This document shows positions 63,165 through 64,000 of a DNA stretch of 64,000 bases, one piece after another (position 1 is the first letter of the stretch; each line of letters begins with the position of its first letter). The notes beneath the pieces are model-generated. The model made no database searches. It was not told the origin of the DNA and worked only from the letters and a program-made list of their open reading frames with translations. This stretch comes from Phaeosaccion multiseriatum (lineage: Eukaryota; Protista; Ochrophyta, other classes). The stretch is taken from contig OZ218959.1 of NCBI GenBank assembly GCA_965112735.1, forward strand, positions 496,001-560,000, written 5' to 3'. The position numbers and the translations under genes were made by a program.

Positions 63165-64000
63165 TGACACAGATGTTTTCCTCCTTGTGCACGAATGCTT
63201 TCGTTGCTTCAAGTCGCCAGCCATCTTTGAGATGGATTGCGGCGGCGATGAAAGACAGGATTGTTGATTCTGGCCCAGACTCGACGAAGGCCCCCCAAGA
63301 GCCCCAGAACCCGAAAAGTGGACCTGCCTACAGTAATGAAAAGGGCCGCAGGTCTTGGCCTCGGCCTGGGGGTGCGCGGCCCGGGCTGGAGGAGCGGAGC
63401 CCCCCTCGTTGGGTGCACGAGTCAGTTCAACATTTTCTACTTTGTATAGTGTTTATTTTTGTTGTTGTTTTTTTTAATTACCGAACATTTATTTTATTTT
63501 TTAATTATCGAACATTTATTTTTAATTTTTCTTATTATCGAATGATTACGCCCCACCCCTCTACACCTCCACATGTACCCAATACTTCGCAGACAACGCT
63601 CGGGCTGCTCCTGCTGCGCGCCATCCTCCCGTGACCCTGTCCTCTAAATCCAGAGGGACGAACTCAACAGAACGGTTTGGCTAGGCTGGACTGTACCACC
63701 AAGCATGGCCAAGCCTTTGCGGCCCAGTCTCCCCCCGCACCGAGCCCCGCACTAACGCCACCACTCCTCGTTGATACAGACACTCCCTCGTCGTCAACTG
63801 TGAAACGTGGGGCAGCGTGTAAGGAAGAAAGAGGCACTCCTTGACCAACACCAGCTTGCTCCTCCTGCTCCTGCTGTGGAGCACCAACGCGCCCCCTCCG
63901 AACCACCCGTCGCTCTCGCCCCTGGCTGAGCCGCAGCGTTGTGCCTCACAGCACCTCGCCTTCCAATCCCTCACGCCTCACGTCCCTGGCTGCGAAACTC

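Overview
GC-rich, intron-rich eukaryotic nuclear DNA, not prokaryotic. It is most likely from an ochrophyte (photosynthetic stramenopile): RPB1 has YSPTSPA heptads, two proteins have bipartite signal-peptide+Phe plastid presequences, and there is a flagellar Tctex gene. About 13 genes can be rebuilt by hand from GT-AG splicing: a 3R-MYB (runs off the left edge), a PH-like/CAMK-type kinase ending in CaaX, an Angel/CCR4-family EEP phosphatase, a tyrosine recombinase, a Tctex1-domain dynein light chain, a DOT1-like SAM methyltransferase, RPB1 (~31 exons), a plastid ABC-F ATPase, a small hypothetical protein, a GFA/CENP-V-like Zn protein, an EHD-like ATPase with a C-terminal TM segment, a large LRR protein and a NAT/NCS2 (UapA-like) permease. 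Introns and spacers are full of micro- and minisatellites, including a ~0.75 kb (CA)n. The most notable locus is 11.4-14.5 kb. It holds a spliced tyrosine recombinase gene with a complete R-K-HxxR-H-Y catalytic set and an apparent plastid-targeting presequence. The gene is enclosed by a perfect 24-bp inverted repeat (11379-11402 / 14498-14521), and the left copy lies 34 nt upstream of the Angel start codon. All gene models are manual inferences from the sequence; no database searches were run.
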